A DNA stretch of 32,000 nucleotides. It comes from Fastidiosibacter lacustris. Its GTDB lineage: Bacteria; Pseudomonadota; Gammaproteobacteria; Francisellales; Francisellaceae. The notes under the pieces are model-generated. The model made no database searches. It saw only the letters and a program-made list of their open reading frames with translations, and was not told where the DNA came from. This document shows, piece by piece, positions 28,938 through 32,000 of the stretch; position 1 is the first letter of the stretch; the number at the start of each line of letters is the position of its first letter. The translations under genes were made by a program, and so were the position numbers. The stretch spans positions 30,001 through 62,000 of the forward strand of contig NZ_QLIR01000005.1 of the NCBI RefSeq assembly GCF_003428155.1. Direction: 5' to 3'.

Positions 28938-30338
28938 ATGTATCCAGATGAAGCTATATCTCTAACACATCAACTAGAAAATATCAAGCGACCACCCTCT
29001 TCAATTGATGCTGAACGCTCTGTCATTGGTGGACTTATTTTAGATAATGAAGCATGGACCAAGGTTGAAGAAATCTTAATTTCTGATGATTTTTACAGCA
29101 CACAACATCGTATTATCTTCCATCAAATGCAAAAGCTGATTCAGCAAGGAGTACCGTTTGATATTATCACCCTCAGTGATGCACTTTCAAATGAAAAACT
29201 GTTAGAACAGGCAGGTGGCTTGCACTATTTAGCTGAAGTTACTAAAAACACACCTACTGCTGCCAACATTGTTGCCTATGCTGAGATTGTTAAAGAACGT
29301 GCAAAATTACGCGTGTTATTAAATACTGCAACTGATATTGCTAATATGGTTTACACGCCACAAGGACGTAAGGTAGGTGAGATTTTAGATGTCGCTGAGC
29401 AAAAGATTTTAGCAATTGCTGAAACCGACATTCAAAAAGGTGATGGACCAAGGGCGATTCGTGAGATCATTCCAAGTGTAATTGATCGGATTGATGCAAT
29501 GATGGAAGCAAGTGATGGTATTACTGGCATTTCAACTGGGTTTACTGATTTAGATGAATTGACTTCTGGTCTGCATTCAGCAAATTTAGTTATCGTCGCT
29601 GGTCGCCCATCGATGGGTAAAACGACGTTTGCTATGAATTTAGCTGAAAACGTTGCCAGAGGCGCAGAAAAACCAGTGCTTGTATTTAGTTTAGAGATGC
29701 CAGCAGAAGACATTGTATTAAGAATGATTTCATCACTGGGTCGTGTGGAACAGAATGCACTTAGAAATGGTCGTTTAGAAGATGAACATTGGGCAAAAAT
29801 TACAACAGCAATGGAAGTGTTATCAAAAGATTTTAATATGCACATTGATGATAGTGCTGGTCTTTCGCCTTCGGAAATGCGTTCGCGTGCTCGTAGAGTT
29901 TATAAAGAACATAATGGGCTTAGCATGATTGTGGTTGACTATTTACAGCTGATGAAAGTACCAGGTTATGAGAATAATCGAACACAAGAGGTTTCCGAGA
30001 TTTCACGCGCCTTAAAATCACTTGCTAAAGAGCTGCATGTGCCAGTAGTTGCGTTATCTCAACTTAATCGTGGGGTAGATGATCGTGCGGATAAGCGTCC
30101 AATGATGTCAGATTTACGTGACTCTGGAGCAATTGAGCAAGATGCTGATGTGATTATGTTTGTGTATCGCGATGAAGTCTATCACAAGGATAAAGAGGAT
30201 AATAAAGGATTAGGAGAAATAATTATTGGTAAACAGCGTAATGGTCCTATTGGCAGCATCAAAGTTCACTTTGAGGGTCGTTTTTGTCGCTTTGCTGACC
30301 TTACATTTGAGCAAGCCGTGCCAATAGGAATTTATTAA
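28938..30338 (+). CDS. dnaB: Replicative DNA helicase DnaB
   Basis: PPSSIDAERSVIGGLILDNEAW, Walker A VIVAGRPSMGKTTFAMNLAEN, VDYLQLM, LSQLNRGVDDR..KRPMMSDLRDSGAIEQDADVIMFVYRDEVY. Confidence 0.98.
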   Translation: MYPDEAISLTHQLENIKRPPSSIDAERSVIGGLILDNEAWTKVEEILISDDFYSTQHRIIFHQMQKLIQQGVPFDIITLSDALSNEKLLEQAGGLHYLAEVTKNTPTAANIVAYAEIVKERAKLRVLLNTATDIANMVYTPQGRKVGEILDVAEQKILAIAETDIQKGDGPRAIREIIPSVIDRIDAMMEASDGITGISTGFTDLDELTSGLHSANLVIVAGRPSMGKTTFAMNLAENVARGAEKPVLVFSLEMPAEDIVLRMISSLGRVEQNALRNGRLEDEHWAKITTAMEVLSKDFNMHIDDSAGLSPSEMRSRARRVYKEHNGLSMIVVDYLQLMKVPGYENNRTQEVSEISRALKSLAKELHVPVVALSQLNRGVDDRADKRPMMSDLRDSGAIEQDADVIMFVYRDEVYHKDKEDNKGLGEIIIGKQRNGPIGSIKVHFEGRFCRFADLTFEQAVPIGIY

Positions 30339-30373
30339 CCTATTGTATCTGTTTTCAAGATGAAGCTGCTTAT

Positions 30374-30410
30374 AAAGGCACTCTAACTTATATTCTTTAA
30401 GGGTGCTTTA
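30374..30410. terminator. Putative bidirectional terminator between convergent dnaB and dacA
   Basis: Inverted repeat AAAGGCAC(TCT)...(GG)GTGCTTTT in the convergent intergenic region, with a T-run on the + side and an A/T flank. Confidence 0.5.
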
Positions 30411-30432
30411 AAACTATATCTAACGTAGTCGC

Positions 30433-31797
30433 TTAAGCAAACCACAATAAAACGGTGTCTTTCAATCGTTGCCATAATGAACCGGTTGAATCGCCTTTTA
30501 ATGTTAAAACTGGGAAGGTTTGAATTACTTTCCCTTTATATGTCATATCAACACTACCTGCTGGTGTGCCAGCTTGGATGGGTGCTACCAAACCTTTAGG
30601 GTTTTTGTGTAATACAAATTGAATATCCTTGGCATTCACATCATGTGGGAAGCTGACCGTAATTGGTTGTTGTACTCCAATGTCAACCATGCCTTCAGCA
30701 CCTTTATAGACACGAATATCACCAAGTACATAATAGGCAGGATAAAAAGTTTTTGTTTGAAAATTAGAGAAACCATACTCTAATAGCGTTTGGCTATCAC
30801 GTGCGCTTTGCAGTAGACTGGTTGAACCCATAACAACAGCAATCAAACGATCATGATCTGGTTTAACTGCAGAAGATACCAAGGAATCGCCAGCAGAATC
30901 GGTTGATCCTGTTTTAATACCATCAGCATAAGGGTAAATTTCTAATAATTTATTATAATTTCGCGTGACAAAACCATTCATGCTAACGCTATCCATTTTG
31001 TAATAGTGGTAGTATTGTGGGTAGTCATAGATGATATGTTGAGCCAATACAGCAATGTCACGCGCTGAGGTGTATAAGTTGGGTGCAGGTAAACCCATGA
31101 CATTGCTAAAATGAGTGTTGTTCATTCCAAGTTTATTAGCAGTGAAGTTCATAATGTTAACAAAACCTTCCTGCGTGCCTGCAATGACCATTGCAAGCGT
31201 TACCGCAGCATCATTTCCTGAGGCAACAATTGTGCCTTCAAGCAGGTCTTGAATGGTGACTTTTTGTCCTGCTTTTAAGTGCATGCTAGAGCCTGCAGTG
31301 TGCCATGCTACAGCAGGGACTTTAACCTCTTGATTGAGTTTTAAATTGCCAGAAGCAAGGCGTTGCTCAGCGATGTACAACAACATCATTTTGGTTAAAG
31401 AAGCAGGAGCTACACGCAAATTAGCATTTTTTTCGGCTAATACGTTCCCTGTTTTAGCATCGATAAGAAGATAACCTTTAACGTTTAGCATTGGTGGAGT
31501 GACTACTTGATTTTTCCAAATTTCGGTGGCAGGTGTGACATCAGGTAGTTTGAGATCACTTGGTATAGGTGGAACCTGCACTTCAAATGGTACATTCGCA
31601 CTGGAAGAAACAGCACCATAAGCATTGAGTGGAACACCCATATAATTAACTGAAGCTGCACCATAGGTATTAGGTTGAGTTGTTATTTCACCAGAGGTAG
31701 GTGGTGTATTAGTTTGATTTGCAAGTGCAGGTTTAAGCTGAACCATAAATGAAGCAGAAAGCAGAAATACGGAGACTTTTTTAATATTAAACATCAT
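30433..31797 (-). CDS. dacA: D-alanyl-D-alanine carboxypeptidase (PBP5/6 family)
   Basis: Signal peptide; SLTKMM (SxxK), SGNDAAVTLA (SxN), DGIKTGST (KTG), YNRNKLL-like FVTRNYNKLLEIYPYADGIKTG. Confidence 0.93.
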   Translation of the reverse strand: MMFNIKKVSVFLLSASFMVQLKPALANQTNTPPTSGEITTQPNTYGAASVNYMGVPLNAYGAVSSSANVPFEVQVPPIPSDLKLPDVTPATEIWKNQVVTPPMLNVKGYLLIDAKTGNVLAEKNANLRVAPASLTKMMLLYIAEQRLASGNLKLNQEVKVPAVAWHTAGSSMHLKAGQKVTIQDLLEGTIVASGNDAAVTLAMVIAGTQEGFVNIMNFTANKLGMNNTHFSNVMGLPAPNLYTSARDIAVLAQHIIYDYPQYYHYYKMDSVSMNGFVTRNYNKLLEIYPYADGIKTGSTDSAGDSLVSSAVKPDHDRLIAVVMGSTSLLQSARDSQTLLEYGFSNFQTKTFYPAYYVLGDIRVYKGAEGMVDIGVQQPITVSFPHDVNAKDIQFVLHKNPKGLVAPIQAGTPAGSVDMTYKGKVIQTFPVLTLKGDSTGSLWQRLKDTVLLWFA

Positions 31798-32000
31798 TAT
31801 TACCTATAGGAAATTGACATGCAGTGATTTTTGAAGGCATTATATACCACTCACAACCCATTTTACAGATTTTCTTGCTTTGCATTTTATGTGTTTTTAT
31901 ATGGGATATACCCTAAAAATTCCCCAAAAATTCAAACAATTTTAGAAATTTGAGATGTGTTTTTTGTAAGAAATTTTAGAGTTAAAATAACTAATAATTA

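Noticed and set aside
1-32000. CRISPR arrays, prophage modules, retrons, tRNA or rRNA genes
   Set aside because: Scanned by eye. No regularly spaced direct repeats, reverse transcriptase, integrase, or rRNA seen, and no tRNA-like sequence recognised. A tRNAscan-SE run would be needed to exclude tRNAs fully.

Overview
This 32 kb window looks like a low-GC gammaproteobacterial chromosome segment, mostly housekeeping genes. In order it carries: bamA, skp/ompH-like, cvpA, ygfB-like, two ubiH/ubiI-type hydroxylases, queA, fabF/acpP, a DHODH-like enzyme, ttcA, smpB, ratA/rnfH, a LuxR/MFS pair, a hotdog thioesterase, mnmC, parC, leuS, rluD, bamD, rdgC, dnaB and dacA. Two points stand out and are absent from the ORF track. 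(1) A good candidate 6S RNA gene (ssrS) lies on the minus strand at ~3691-3885, divergent from the ygfB-like gene, with recognisable 6S sequence blocks, a closing stem and a promoter. (2) A small acquired island at ~22127-25807 carries a Bacteroidetes-type leucyl-tRNA synthetase. It is bracketed by two inverted IS1-like 5'-end remnants and also contains a decayed IS5-like transposase remnant. The right-hand IS1-like copy looks like a ~129 bp miniature element with both terminal inverted repeats. I found no CRISPR array, phage module, toxin-antitoxin system of the defence type, or clearly novel multigene system. The leuS island is the best lead.
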